Source: an uncultured Dehalococcoidia bacterium
GTDB taxonomy: Bacteria > Chloroflexota > Dehalococcoidia > Lucifugimonadales > UBA1127
Reading direction: 5' to 3'
Assembly: GCA_964612825.1 (NCBI GenBank)
Contig: CAZTCW010000014.1
Location: 11,114-75,113 of the forward strand
Length of the DNA: 64,000 nt
The notes under the pieces were generated by a model that searched no databases, was not told the origin of the DNA, and saw only the letters and a list, made by a program, of their open reading frames with translations. Positions 1-8,682 of the stretch are shown piece after piece (position 1 is the first letter of the stretch; the number at the start of each line of letters is the position of its first letter). The translations under genes were made by a program, and so were the position numbers.

Positions 1-446
1 TGCAAGGAAACCTGTTTCTGGGGATTGAGGTGGATCCTCTAGAGAGATTTGGTGACACGGTTGAAAGTCAGTATTTGATTAGAAATCTCATTGGGATTGA
101 TCATGAAAACGGATTTTTGGCTATAGGTGAGTATTTACGAGAAGGACAACGGGTTCAATTCCACGTCAGAGATAGTTTGACATCTCAAGAAGACCTTGAA
201 ATCCAACTTTCCCAATATTTGAGAAATTTGGAAAAAGAATCCTTGCTGGGGGCATTAATGTTTCAGTGTAACGGAAGAGGTCGTTACCTCTATGGGCAAC
301 CTAACCATGACTCAAATATTTTTCGCGAATTAGTCGGGCCAATCGCTCTTGGTGGGTTTTTCTGTAACGGAGAAATAGGTCCAGTTGGTAAAACTACGTA
401 CCTCCACGGATATACCAGCTCTTTTGCGGTATTTCGAAAACCATAA
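1..446 (+). CDS. FIST C-domain protein, 5' end outside the window
   Basis: The frame of track ORF 30..446 stays open back to base 3 (QGNLFLGIE...), so the CDS enters from upstream. The C-terminal pattern GALMFQCNGRG...GGFFCNGEIGPVG matches what I know of FIST_C sensory domains. Confidence 0.55.
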   Translation, partial: QGNLFLGIEVDPLERFGDTVESQYLIRNLIGIDHENGFLAIGEYLREGQRVQFHVRDSLTSQEDLEIQLSQYLRNLEKESLLGALMFQCNGRGRYLYGQPNHDSNIFRELVGPIALGGFFCNGEIGPVGKTTYLHGYTSSFAVFRKP

Positions 447-478
447 CGGCTCAATGTTTGTCCTTTGGCTAATATGGA

Positions 479-1768
479 TTGGTACAACAAAATACGAGGG
501 TAATTTTATCTTTGGAACTTCCATGTTTGGAAAGTTCAGGATCAGGATCAAATATTTTCAATAACTTTTCTGGAATCGTATCCCGTATTGGGTCCGCTTT
601 AGCTATTCCTCAATTCCGTTGGCTTTGGTTTAACAACCTCTTTTTTTCTATCGGCAGAAGTATGGAAATGTTAGCTCTAGGCTGGCTTGTCCTAATTGAA
701 ACTGACTCTCCTTTTTGGGTAGGCATGGTCGCCGGGTTAAGAGGATTGGGTCAAGTGAGTTTTGGCATTTTTGGTGGAGTGATAGCTGATAGAATTGATC
801 GGAGGTCTGGATTGATCCTTACCCAAGGAGTGATTGCAGTGATTGCCTTGGTGCTAGGGGGGAGTATCCTTGCCGGATTAATAAACTTATGGGTCATCCT
901 TTTTCTTTCGTTTTTGCAGGGCCTATTTATGGCTTTCAATATGCCTCTGAATAATTCTCTTATTGGAGATGTTGTTGGGATGGGGCGACTCCTTAATGCA
1001 ATGTCTGCACGGTTGACTGCTTTCAATATCGCTCGTCTTATTGGGTCGGTTCTAGCTGGAGCTATCATAGCCAATGTCGGAATAGCAGGGTGCTATATCG
1101 TCCTTGGTTTCATTTCTTTGTTTGGGACTCTTCTTCTAATTCGCGTTGGAAAATTCAACCGGATTTCTAGCGGAACACAACCTCTTCTGCAAAATGCGCG
1201 GGAAGGGGTTATGTTCTCTATTAGAAGTCCCCGGCTTCGTTCCTTGTTGCTCATGAGCATTTTGATGGAAATGTTTGGGTTTTCCTACCATATCATGTTG
1301 CCGGTAATTGCTAGAGATGTCCTAAACGTAGGTGCCTCCGGCCTTGGGTTCTTGGCGGCTGCGGGGGGCGCAGGCGCGATGATTGGAACAATCGCTGTGG
1401 CAAGCTTAGGCGATGTGAAATCTAAAGGGTTTATTTTAGTTTCCACTGCTACGTTTGCAGGGGTTTTCCTAATCTGCTTTGCATTATCACCGTGGATGGT
1501 CGTTTCACTTCTTTTAGCTGGCAGTATCGGAGCGACCCTGATGGCTTATGATGCGAATATGGCGACCCTACTCCAGTTACTGTCACCAGAAGACATGCGC
1601 GGGAGGATTATGGGCATTTACGCGTTCACTTTCGGATTTACCCCGCTAGGAGGATTCTTAGGAGGAGTGTTGGCCACTATGTTTGGGGCTCCTTTTGCAG
1701 TTGCAGTTGGAGGGGGGGTGATCACTTTGTATGCTTTAAGATCATTACGGTTTTTTAGCAAGTTTTAG
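479..1768 (+). CDS. MFS transporter (MFS_3 / EntS-like type)
   Basis: Polytopic hydrophobic 429-aa ORF. It has N-terminal FRWLWFNNLFFSIGRSM and GGVIADRIDRR motifs and is a clear paralog of 56706..57971. The only start before the conserved N-terminus is TTG, so the exact start is uncertain. Confidence 0.8.
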   Translation: MVQQNTRVILSLELPCLESSGSGSNIFNNFSGIVSRIGSALAIPQFRWLWFNNLFFSIGRSMEMLALGWLVLIETDSPFWVGMVAGLRGLGQVSFGIFGGVIADRIDRRSGLILTQGVIAVIALVLGGSILAGLINLWVILFLSFLQGLFMAFNMPLNNSLIGDVVGMGRLLNAMSARLTAFNIARLIGSVLAGAIIANVGIAGCYIVLGFISLFGTLLLIRVGKFNRISSGTQPLLQNAREGVMFSIRSPRLRSLLLMSILMEMFGFSYHIMLPVIARDVLNVGASGLGFLAAAGGAGAMIGTIAVASLGDVKSKGFILVSTATFAGVFLICFALSPWMVVSLLLAGSIGATLMAYDANMATLLQLLSPEDMRGRIMGIYAFTFGFTPLGGFLGGVLATMFGAPFAVAVGGGVITLYALRSLRFFSKF

Positions 1769-1809
1769 AATTTTGCCTTTTAGGGGTAGAAACGCTTCAG
1801 TAGAGAAGC

Positions 1810-2757
1810 CTATTTCCCGCTTAACTCACCAAGTAGTTGAAGGGTTCGTTCTCTTGATTTTGTAGGATTGTTTCCGGCTCCAATTGGGGAAACAATGATC
1901 TCCTCGGCCCCCCAATCCAATATCTCTTGAAGCCGGGAAGCAACCCGATTTTCATCCCCTGATAAAACGACAGCATCCAACATCGGTTCGCTCCATTCTC
2001 CGTTTTTTGCCTCTGGGAACCCTGCATCTTCAAGCATTTGTGCATAAAACGGGAGTCGTGGATAGTTTGCAATTTGTTCCCGGGCGGCGGCCATTACTTC
2101 TTCTGGATTATCATGTACGCAAACGGGGGCGTGGGCAATCAATGGCGGGACGACCCTTGAACGGCTCTCAGCACCTTTTTCCAATGCTGGGAGTGCCACG
2201 TCTTTTAGGTAAGTTCCTGGGCAAACCCAACTGATGGCCCCATCTGCCTCTTCACCGCAAACGGTGAAGGATGTGGCTCTGAGGGCCGAGGCCATGACTG
2301 GTAATGGAGTTGGGGCAGCTACTCGAGCGTGGGCATGGTAATACTCCCCATCAAAATCCACTTCACCTTCGGTTAGGAGTTGTTTGACGATTTGTAAGTA
2401 TTCCCTTAAGTGTTGTAAAGGGGCCACAAATTCGAATCCATAAGTTCTTTCCGTTGACGGTTTGTGACTCGGTCCTAGCCCTAATCTGAACCTTCCCGGA
2501 GCCAATTGGGCTACAACTTGGGCTTGTTGAACGACTACCAATGGGTGCCGGGGCCATGTGGGGACAATGGACGTGCCTAGTAAGATGGAATTAGTGCGGA
2601 CTGCAGCTGCGGCGAATAAAGTGAGAGAATCCATACCTGCCCCTCCAGTTGTCAGCCAAGCAGCGGGAATTTTTAGATCTTCCGCATGCTGGATAAGTTC
2701 TACAACGTTTGTTGCATTTCTCCCAGAAATTGCTACTCCTATTGACCCTTTAGCCAT
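1810..2757 (-). CDS. Luciferase-like (LLM) family flavin/F420-dependent oxidoreductase
   Basis: 315-aa ORF with the LLM TIM-barrel pattern (GVAISGR..., RFRLGLGPSH, C-terminal LSGDENRVASRLQEILDWGAEEIIV). FMN versus F420 dependence cannot be decided by eye. Confidence 0.8.
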   Translation of the reverse strand: MAKGSIGVAISGRNATNVVELIQHAEDLKIPAAWLTTGGAGMDSLTLFAAAAVRTNSILLGTSIVPTWPRHPLVVVQQAQVVAQLAPGRFRLGLGPSHKPSTERTYGFEFVAPLQHLREYLQIVKQLLTEGEVDFDGEYYHAHARVAAPTPLPVMASALRATSFTVCGEEADGAISWVCPGTYLKDVALPALEKGAESRSRVVPPLIAHAPVCVHDNPEEVMAAAREQIANYPRLPFYAQMLEDAGFPEAKNGEWSEPMLDAVVLSGDENRVASRLQEILDWGAEEIIVSPIGAGNNPTKSRERTLQLLGELSGK

Positions 2758-2894
2758 GGCGTTGCCTCCAAATCGGATTCAGATGAATAGTATTCTTATT
2801 CCCATTGTTTTTCGTATTTTATAACACTATAGACTACAATTAGCATGATTTCATTTTCCGGAGGTTTCAGTCCCTTGAAATAGGGAATTAAGTG

Positions 2895-4220
2895 ATGGCA
2901 ACTCCTGCTCACAAATTTCGTTCGCTAGTTCATTGGCATCCCAAGCCTCCATTCTTCTATGGGTGGCTCATTGTAGGGATGACATTGTTGGCAGGATTTC
3001 TTGCCACTGGATCATCCCAGCTTGTTTTCGGCGCAATGCAGATTTTCATTTTGGACGAAATGGGATGGGATCGTTCGGTTTTATCTGGCGCAATTACCCT
3101 TGCCACGTGGATTTCAGGGTTTTGTGCCCCGATTGTAGGTCGGCTGGCTGATAAATACGGAGCGCGTTGGCTCATGCCTATTGGGGCTGTGGTTGTAGGC
3201 GGTTCGTTTTTCGCCATTTCAGGGATCCAAGGAGTATGGCATTTTTACATTGCCTATTTCCTTGCTCGCTTGGTAGCTATGGGTTCGTTAACGGGAGTTA
3301 TTGGGACAACAACCGTAGTAAATTGGTTTCATCTTCGAAGGAATACTGCGCTCGGTATTTTTTCTATGGCCCATCCAGTTGGGGGTGCACTGAATATAGT
3401 CCTTCTACAATTTCTCTCCCTTAGGTTTGGCTGGAGGACGGCATATCAGATTTTCGGGATAATTACCATAATTTCCTCCCCAGTTTTCTTTACGATTATT
3501 CGGCGTCGCCCTGAACATATTGGTCTGTTGCCAGATGGGAAATTAGCTTCACGATCGAAGAAAACTCAAATTCTCAGCGAGTCAACCCGAGAAGAAACAG
3601 AATTGGTGGAAGTCAAGAATCCGAACGATTGGGAATTCCGACAAGCCGTCCGTACACCTTCTCTCTGGCTTGTGGCTGCAGCTTTATCTATTGGGACCCT
3701 TACATTGGGTTCAATAAATTTCCACTTAGTTCCTTACCTTTCATTAGCGGGGGTGAGTCAAACCGATGCTGTTGCGGCATTGAGTCTCAGTTCCTTATTA
3801 GGAGGGTTGGGGAATGTGGGTTGGGGAGCCTTGGCGGATAGGTTTGGCCCCCGTGGCTGCGCCGTTTTAGCTTTCGCCTTTAGTGCGGTGATGGTGTTCT
3901 ATCTTTTGAACGTCAGTGGTTCACTAAGTGCATATATTTTTGCTCTGTTTTGGGGTATTGGCACCCGGGGGCAGCAGGCCTTGTCCCAAATGATTATCGC
4001 TAAATATTATGGAAGGGATTCCTTTGGAGCTATTTCTGGAGCTATAGCTCCATTTCCGATGATAGCGTTAGGTTCAGGTCCCACTTTAGCTGCTTTCTTC
4101 TATGATTGGACGGGAACGTATCGAGGGTTATATTCATTTTATGTAGTCGCAGAATTGTTGGCGGCAGGGTTTATTTTTTTGGCTCGGCAACCAAGAAAAT
4201 CCAAGAATTCGGACGGATAA
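2895..4220 (+). CDS. MFS transporter (oxalate/formate antiporter-like group)
   Basis: 12-TM-like profile. N-terminal FFYGWLIVGM and central loop RRRPEHIGLLPDG are shared with 7350..8645 and 61314..62621. The ATG at 2895 directly follows the GTG at 2892. Confidence 0.8.
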   Translation: MATPAHKFRSLVHWHPKPPFFYGWLIVGMTLLAGFLATGSSQLVFGAMQIFILDEMGWDRSVLSGAITLATWISGFCAPIVGRLADKYGARWLMPIGAVVVGGSFFAISGIQGVWHFYIAYFLARLVAMGSLTGVIGTTTVVNWFHLRRNTALGIFSMAHPVGGALNIVLLQFLSLRFGWRTAYQIFGIITIISSPVFFTIIRRRPEHIGLLPDGKLASRSKKTQILSESTREETELVEVKNPNDWEFRQAVRTPSLWLVAAALSIGTLTLGSINFHLVPYLSLAGVSQTDAVAALSLSSLLGGLGNVGWGALADRFGPRGCAVLAFAFSAVMVFYLLNVSGSLSAYIFALFWGIGTRGQQALSQMIIAKYYGRDSFGAISGAIAPFPMIALGSGPTLAAFFYDWTGTYRGLYSFYVVAELLAAGFIFLARQPRKSKNSDG

Positions 4221-4256
4221 AGCTTAAATTTGTTTGGGGAACGTACCTTTCTTGCC

Positions 4257-4556
4257 TTAAGAAATGGTGGGGATTGGGAGTTTTCCTCGCTTACCAAGGA
4301 TATCGTCCGCTACCTTGAGCAACTTCTTTAGTCTCGCCTTAGATTTAAGCCCAAGTGTTTCCCACTTCTTGTTCCGAGTCCTCGGCTCTGAATTATCAAT
4401 TCCCATTAGTCGCACCCTTCTGTACGGGACAAGGCAATCAAACCCCATGGAAATGTTGATGTCAAAGGAATCATCATTAATATCCCTTGTTACAAAACAT
4501 TGGTATATATAGTTCGGGTCCGAAGTTCCAAGCACCTCACTCAATAAATCTGCCAT
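4257..4556 (-). CDS. Small SNase-like (thermonuclease OB-fold) protein, apparently only the N-terminal half
   Basis: GGAGG lies 4 nt upstream of the ATG (plus strand cctcc at 4561-4565). VRLMGIDNSEPRTR resembles the vRLxGIDaPE motif of staphylococcal-nuclease-like proteins. At 99 aa it is too short for a full SNase domain. Confidence 0.4.
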   Translation of the reverse strand: MADLLSEVLGTSDPNYIYQCFVTRDINDDSFDINISMGFDCLVPYRRVRLMGIDNSEPRTRNKKWETLGLKSKARLKKLLKVADDILGKRGKLPIPTIS

Positions 4557-4617
4557 AAAACCTCCTTATCCATATCAGGATTAGCTTTTCTTTTCGACCT
4601 TTCGAGACTTTTTTGCC

Positions 4618-5052
4618 TTAGGAAATGGGGGTATCGGTTTGGAAGTTTTCCTCGACAACCGTCCCTCCATCTAGAATCCGGAAGTTTCTAATTTCTGGAT
4701 GGTCAGGGAATTGGAGGGAAATAAGAATATATGAAACTTCAGGCCAGATAGCTTCATTTGTATCAGTCCAAAGGGCCATCCTTATGTCTGTTGCTGAAGG
4801 GCGGGCTTCGGTATGGGTATGAGAATGGTAGTAAGATAGAATTTCCAGGTCTTGTTGGTCAATTTCTCTTTGTACTTGGAATTGTTCTTTACCGTCCATT
4901 CGATACCGGTATGGACTCTTCTCCGTATTTGTCATGCGATAGATTCGTACCGCTTTTTCGTTTTTGCCTGCTACAATTCCACAACATTCGTTCGGGTTTT
5001 CATCCTTGGCGTGAGCAATCAAATCATCAACAATTGTTTGAGGTAGAATCAT
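4618..5052 (-). CDS. JAMM/MPN+ (Mov34) family metalloprotease
   Basis: ECCGIVAG plus HSHTHTEARPSATD gives the E...HxHx7Sx2D JAMM zinc motif. I prefer the ATG at 5052 (MILPQTIV...) because AAGAGG lies 7 nt upstream. The track ORF extends to 5070. Confidence 0.8.
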   Translation of the reverse strand: MILPQTIVDDLIAHAKDENPNECCGIVAGKNEKAVRIYRMTNTEKSPYRYRMDGKEQFQVQREIDQQDLEILSYYHSHTHTEARPSATDIRMALWTDTNEAIWPEVSYILISLQFPDHPEIRNFRILDGGTVVEENFQTDTPIS

Positions 5053-5103
5053 TCCGTAACCTCTTTTCATTTTATGTTTGTCGTTATCTTGTAAATTCTG
5101 TAA

Positions 5104-6096
5104 TTATACCGTTTTGTTTCGTTGTCCCCAAAGGTATCTAAGGGTAAAGACGGGGCTTCCTAATGCTAGAACGCTTACGTATGTGATAGAACGGTCAGCA
5201 ATCGTAATTGCCAAGGCTCCACTTCGTCCAATCCAAGGGCTCAGGACCGCCACAACTCCGGTTTCAACAAATCCAAGACCTCCAGGGGTCAGCGGGAAGA
5301 TGGTTATTAAAGCGCTAACTAAAGCAACAAAAAGACTGGAGGCTAAACTCAAGGAATACCCTAGAGACTTTACGACAAGATAAAGCCGGATTGTTTCTAC
5401 CACCCAACCTGCAATACTCAGGACTATTGCGAGTCGTAAACCTTGGAAACTGTTAAGGGTCCCCTGCTGGAAACTGCTGAATACAAGGTAGGCTCTTCCG
5501 GGGAGCCTACTAGAAATTTTTGAGCCAAATTTAGCCATTATCCCAAGCAGTGTGAGGGCGACAGCTGTTAAGCCAATAGCCAACAACAGGATAGTAGTAG
5601 ACGGAACAAGATCTCGTAAAACAATTATGCCTAAAAATGAAATCGAGAGTAAAAGTAGTATTACGGTTATGTCCAAAATTTTCTCAGCAATTATTATGCC
5701 GAGAGAATTAAAAAAGCCGAGTTTTGAAGAGGCGGAAAAAGCGTAAGCCCTGTAAGCGTCTCCAATCCGTAACCAACCAAATGAGTTAGCGAACCATCCT
5801 AGATATACGAGTAGAGAGCATTCTCGGATAGATGGAAGGCGTTCTGATGATTCTCCGTGGAGTTCTCCGTTTGCGGCCAGATAATGCCATCGCGCTCCTC
5901 TAATTGGGAAACTAGTGTAGTGAATTGTAAGGGCTAGGGTAAATAAGCCAATGTGGGTATTTTTAATAGTATTCAGTATTTCAGGAAGATCTATCTTGAA
6001 ATAGGACAGAAGGAAATACAATATTCCGGCTGCGACTCCAAAGGAAATCAGGGTGTAAGGGGATAACATTTTTCTTATCTGGGATTCAGGGCGCAT
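5104..6096 (-). CDS. Flippase-like / lysyl-phosphatidylglycerol-synthase-TM-like membrane protein (UPF0104)
   Basis: 330 aa with about 8 TM segments. The N-terminal pattern is ...YFLLSYFKIDLPEILNTIKNT..., with FPIRGARWHYL typical of the UPF0104 family. Confidence 0.65.
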   Translation of the reverse strand: MRPESQIRKMLSPYTLISFGVAAGILYFLLSYFKIDLPEILNTIKNTHIGLFTLALTIHYTSFPIRGARWHYLAANGELHGESSERLPSIRECSLLVYLGWFANSFGWLRIGDAYRAYAFSASSKLGFFNSLGIIIAEKILDITVILLLLSISFLGIIVLRDLVPSTTILLLAIGLTAVALTLLGIMAKFGSKISSRLPGRAYLVFSSFQQGTLNSFQGLRLAIVLSIAGWVVETIRLYLVVKSLGYSLSLASSLFVALVSALITIFPLTPGGLGFVETGVVAVLSPWIGRSGALAITIADRSITYVSVLALGSPVFTLRYLWGQRNKTV

Positions 6097-6324
6097 GAAA
6101 TTCTTGAAAACCTCTCGATTTTATTGGCATTGGTGTGCCTAATATGAGAAATTCGAATTGTTTTGGAACTTTATCACACGATAAAATCTTAGTTTAGGTT
6201 TGAGGAATGTTCTAGTAAAACAAATGAGATATGCCTCAGTATACTCGTATTTAGCTTTACCAGTAAAATTGGATCCTCAGTTGAGAGGGAAGAATTCTGG
6301 GTGTAGTATACCGATGGAGGATTA

Positions 6325-7230
6325 ATGGATATCATTCTGGGTTCTCCTAGAGGTTTCTGTGCAGGGGTCGTTCGGGCAATTGACATCGTTGAGTTGGCTT
6401 TAAAACGCATAGGAAAACCAATCTATATTCGGCACGAGATAATTCATAATCAATTTATTGTCGATGATTTGGCGGAAAAAGGGGCAATATTCGTTGATGA
6501 ATTATCTGAAGTTCCGGATGGTAATGTGGTTATTTTTAGCGCTCACGGAGTTTCCCCGGCCGTTCGTTCTGAAGCTGAATTACGAGGGTTAAAAATCCTC
6601 GATGCAACATGTCCTTTGGTTACAAAAGTTCACCTTGAGGCCAAGAAATACGCAGGAGATGGGTTCACGATAATTTTGGTCGGTCATAAAGGACACCCCG
6701 AAACCATTGGAACGTCTGGGGAAGCTCCTTCCAGGACGATTGTCGTAGAAACAGTTGCTGATACGGAAACAGTGGAAATTCCCGATCCTGAAAGAGTGGT
6801 TGTCCTTACTCAAACAACCCTAAGCGTGGATGACACTAGAGAGATTGTAGATTCTCTAACCCGTCGATTTCCAAAAATCGTAGTTCGTAATGATATTTGT
6901 TACGCAACTTCTAATAGACAGATGGCTGCTAAATTGGTGGCTGAAGATGCCGAGGTTGTTCTGGTTATAGGCGCTAAGAATAGCTCCAACTCTAACAGAT
7001 TGAGAGAGGTGGTCCAAGATCTCGGAATTCCCTCGTTTCTTATCAATGGTCCAGAGGAGATTCCTTCAAGGATGCTCCATGCAACAAATAAAATTGGAAT
7101 CGTATCTGGAGCTTCAACCCCTGAAATTTTGGTTCAAAGGGTGATCGAAAAATTGAAACCGGGAAACATTTTTAACCTGACAGTGGTGGAAGAGGATGTT
7201 AAATTTGCTCTCCCCAAAGAATTGACATAA
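6325..7230 (+). CDS. ispH: 4-hydroxy-3-methylbut-2-enyl diphosphate reductase
   Basis: PRGFCAGVVRAIDIVE, SAHGVSP, ATCPLVTKVH and CYATSNRQ are the three Cys-containing IspH/LytB blocks. A GGAGGA RBS precedes the ATG. Confidence 0.95.
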   Translation: MDIILGSPRGFCAGVVRAIDIVELALKRIGKPIYIRHEIIHNQFIVDDLAEKGAIFVDELSEVPDGNVVIFSAHGVSPAVRSEAELRGLKILDATCPLVTKVHLEAKKYAGDGFTIILVGHKGHPETIGTSGEAPSRTIVVETVADTETVEIPDPERVVVLTQTTLSVDDTREIVDSLTRRFPKIVVRNDICYATSNRQMAAKLVAEDAEVVLVIGAKNSSNSNRLREVVQDLGIPSFLINGPEEIPSRMLHATNKIGIVSGASTPEILVQRVIEKLKPGNIFNLTVVEEDVKFALPKELT

Positions 7231-7349
7231 TGAAAGAAGTTGGACTATTAAGGATTGGATTAATCTTTAGGTTTGTTTCCTTACTGAACTAATGGGATCA
7301 ATTACTAGGCCGTTCAAATGTTCTTCTCTTTTATTTTAGGAAAACTTTC

Positions 7350-8645
7350 ATGACTGATCCCGAGGTGCCTGCTAAATTATCACGACCCCAAAAACCAAGA
7401 GGGCTATTTTTTGGTTGGTGGATCGTCTTTGCATCACTTCTTTCCCACGCGATACGTGAATCTGCATTCTTTTTTATATTCGGTGTTTATCTTCTGCAAT
7501 GGCAACAGAATTTTGGGTGGAGCAAATTTGCAATTTCTGGTTCTTTTTCACTTTCACAACTGGTTAATATGGGGTTAAGTCCAATTCAAGGTTGGCTCAT
7601 CGATCGGTTTGGGGCCCGGCTTCTTATGAATTTTGGGACGTTATTATTCGGATTTTCCTTGATGGGTTTAAGTACTATTCAAAACCTCCAGTCCCTGTTT
7701 TTCTTTGTCATCCTAATAAGTATCGGTGCAAACATAGCTGGGTTTCTTACTACAAATGCCGTTCTGGCTAATTGGTTTTTGCGGAAACGAGCTTTTGCTA
7801 TGGGTCTTGCATCTTCAGGGATGGGAGTCGGAGGAGCCATTGCTCCAGCTGTGGCGTGGGCGGTGGTAACTTTCGGGTGGCGTGAAACTTCGTTTTGGAG
7901 TGGCGTGGCATTATTGGTGATTGGCTTACCGATCGCTCAGCTATTCCGTCATCGCCCTGAAGACTTTGGGTTCCAACCTGATGGTTCTACAATTCCTTTA
8001 AATGGGCCTACTTCCGTCGAAAACATAAATAATGAAAATTCGTCTGAGTACTTTACCGTTTCTGAAGCTTTACGGGATCGAAGTTTTTGGTTCATTTCCA
8101 TTGGCCATTGCATGGCGCTTTTAGTGGTAGTGACGCTTTTGGTTCATTTAGTTCCTCACCTTGTGAAGGATTTAAATTGGAGTGAAACCTCCGCTCAAAG
8201 TGTGTTTACTCTGATAACAGCAACTAGCGTAATTGGTCAAATTATCGGTGGAGTTCTTGGCGACCGATACAGCAAATCCAAAATTGCTGGTTTCTGCATG
8301 CTTGGACACTTTGGAGCGATGACGCTTTTTGCCTTTGCTCAAACCGGAATTCTGATAGTTATGGCGGCAGTGTTACAAGGAATGTCCTGGGGAATGCGAG
8401 GGCCCTTAATGATGGCCATAAGGGCGGACTATTATGGCAGGAAATATTTTGCAACAATTACTGGATTTTCTACAGTTATCGTAATGATTGGGCCATTAAT
8501 TGGTCCAGCGTTTGCTGGAGGCATGTATGACTTTCTTGGTGAATACACTCGGGCCTTCGGGATTTTAGGGGTGATAACGGGTTTGGGTTCTGCCTTCTTT
8601 TTTGGGGCAAGAAAGCCAGCATTTCCGTCCCGTTTGGGGGTTTAA
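7350..8645 (+). CDS. MFS transporter (oxalate/formate antiporter-like group)
   Basis: LFFGWWIVFASLL N-terminus, central loop HRPEDFGFQPDG and a 12-TM-like profile. Paralog of 2895..4220 and 61314..62621. Confidence 0.8.
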   Translation: MTDPEVPAKLSRPQKPRGLFFGWWIVFASLLSHAIRESAFFFIFGVYLLQWQQNFGWSKFAISGSFSLSQLVNMGLSPIQGWLIDRFGARLLMNFGTLLFGFSLMGLSTIQNLQSLFFFVILISIGANIAGFLTTNAVLANWFLRKRAFAMGLASSGMGVGGAIAPAVAWAVVTFGWRETSFWSGVALLVIGLPIAQLFRHRPEDFGFQPDGSTIPLNGPTSVENINNENSSEYFTVSEALRDRSFWFISIGHCMALLVVVTLLVHLVPHLVKDLNWSETSAQSVFTLITATSVIGQIIGGVLGDRYSKSKIAGFCMLGHFGAMTLFAFAQTGILIVMAAVLQGMSWGMRGPLMMAIRADYYGRKYFATITGFSTVIVMIGPLIGPAFAGGMYDFLGEYTRAFGILGVITGLGSAFFFGARKPAFPSRLGV

Positions 8646-8682
8646 CTTGAAATTAATAGGGGCTCGGATTACTTGCCATCTT

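Noticed and set aside
4264-4512. 82-aa plus-strand ORF opposite the SNase-like ORF.
   Set aside because: It has S/L-rich low-complexity sequence and no RBS. The minus-strand ORF has a GGAGG RBS and an SNase-like motif.
4618-5052. JAMM protease considered as a marker of a CBASS, Bil or other ubiquitin-like anti-phage system.
   Set aside because: No cyclase, E1/E2-like, ubiquitin-like or effector gene lies within 10 kb on either side. The neighbours are ispH, MFS transporters and a flippase-like protein.
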